A stretch of DNA of 49,172 bases, filler included, from Sphacelaria rigidula (lineage: Eukaryota), in assembly GCA_964200075.2 (NCBI GenBank). It is 2 parts of 2 records of this genome, joined end to end, with 100 filler letters (N's around TTAATTAATTAA, not from the genome) between each part and the next. Parts side by side here need not be neighbours in the genome. Positions count along the whole stretch, not along the records: positions 24,641 to 49,172 come from CAXNAA020000200.1; 1 more part is not named here. One strand, given 5' to 3'. Below, in pieces: positions 47,751 through 49,172 of this stretch. Every line of letters starts with the position of its first letter. Positions within the stretch are counted from its first letter, which is position 1. The notes beneath the pieces were generated by a model, which was given only the letters and a program-made list of their open reading frames with translations, did no database searches and had not been told where the DNA came from. The translations under genes and the position numbers were made by a program.

Positions 47751-48511
47751 CCGGTACACCCATCGCATCCATTTAATCTCGCGGGTTCGGACAGCACCCC
47801 CGACCGCGTCGAGTGTTAGCAAACATAACAGACTCAGTCTAGATGCTTTGCTATTCATGACCTCGCGCATCCAACGACCGAAAATAGATATTCGTAGCTG
47901 GAAGGGAAGACCCCAACGTATTTTGCGGGAATCGTATCGAACCCGCCTTGCTTCCACCTCAAGGGCGTCAGTCGTACCATTTAAATCTACACCACCTGGG
48001 CGCGGCGGCCGATCGGTTGGGTTACATACCCAGAACTCATCAACCATGATGATTTGACGACGAAAACTTGCCTAAACCCACATCGAAAAAATATTAAAGG
48101 GGAAAGACGGCTCACAACATATGTAAAACGCATGACGGGCAGCCCAGTTGAAAATAGCGGTGTAGCGCATACAGCACACACAACGGGTAGCCCGATTGCA
48201 GATGACGGTGTTGCTCGTACTGTACATACAACGCAGCGAGTGGTCCAGCTGAGGATAACAGTGCGCGCGGGAACGATGGGCACTTGTTAGAGGCTGTAGA
48301 TATTGGAACATGGCAATTTGTTTTACGCCGCCGATGAACTCGGGTGAAGCTATTTCTCATCTATTTTTTCGACGTCTCTCTTTTTATTTATATTTGGTGT
48401 TATTTTGCTTGTTTCGTTTTTGTTCGTAGTCTGGAGTCATGAAAAAGGAACGATGAGAACTCCATGTCGTGTAAGAGCTGGGCCAGCCGAGAAGCGATTC
48501 TGCAGTTTGCA

Positions 48512-48781
48512 GGCCCACTATACGGACAATACTTGGAGCTGGATCCTGAAATATGGTATGGACAATGAGTAGGGCATAATAATACAAATTACTGGCGTAC
48601 ACAAGGGTTTTTTTTTTCATGAGTTTGGGGCATTTTATCGATATCTGAAAACTGATTATTGCTCTTAACTCATGGAAAAAAAAAAACTTGTGTACGCCAG
48701 TAATTTCTTTTATTGTGCCCTACTCATTGTCCATACCAAAATTTCAGGGCCCAACTCCAAGTATTGGCCGTAAAATCGGCC
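48512..48781. mobile_element. Foldback MITE with ~115-bp arms and GGCC ends
   Basis: caatacttggag...ggtatggacaatgagtagggca...aaattactggcgtacacaag...catgagtt mirrored by aactcatg...cttgtgtacgccagtaattt...tgccctactcattgtccatacc...ctccaagtattg. Confidence 0.85.
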
Positions 48782-49172
48782 GTTTAGTGACAGGGTCATA
48801 AGAAATTCGGAACAGTATTTTGCAGGTCATTTACCGGCCCACGTCTGGTGTTTGTGTATTGAAACCTTGTGTGGGGCGTGGCTAGGGCATAATCAACAAA
48901 ACAAAGGGGTTCAGGTTGATTTTTTTCAATTTTTTCCACTGGTTTAGGGCGTTCTTCTATGGTAAAGACCATATTTCACGAGAACGCCCTATTCTCTATG
49001 AAAAAAAAAATGAAGGCCCATTTTTCTATTTTATTCGGCACTCTTTCGTGGTTCTCCACACCAAAATTCGTCGCCATCCGCGAAATGCATCGATTGGGAG
49101 TTTCATAGAGATTTCAGTATTGGCGCTATCTCCCTTAGGTATAGGAATTACTAGACATGGAGTTAAATCAAC

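Overview
Eukaryotic, intron-rich and repeat-rich genomic DNA; exon/intron layout and repeat landscape suggest a brown alga or related stramenopile (inference). No prokaryotic genes, rRNA, true tRNA or CRISPR. Manual splice reconstruction gives four recognisable minus-strand coding units. (1) A highly divergent SMC-family ATPase: 19 phase-consistent exons at 802-15517, about 815 aa, covering Walker A, Q-loop, coiled coil and hinge; the C-terminal head lies left of the window. (2) A CAP/SCP/PR-1 domain protein with degenerate conserved His/Glu residues (~38.9-40.1 kb). (3) The last exon of a BTAF1/Mot1-like SNF2 ATPase (43094-43450). (4) A single apparently orphan PRMT5-like exon (46746-46882). 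Weaker exon candidates lie at 16-27 kb. The rest is transposon-derived: an internally deleted plant-type mariner, two tRNA-derived SINE families (one self-nested), nested Harbinger-like and CAC-ended MITEs, several foldback elements, plus an assembly gap with an artificial linker. Most ORFs in the supplied track are spurious. All homology calls come from motif recognition by eye; no searches were run.
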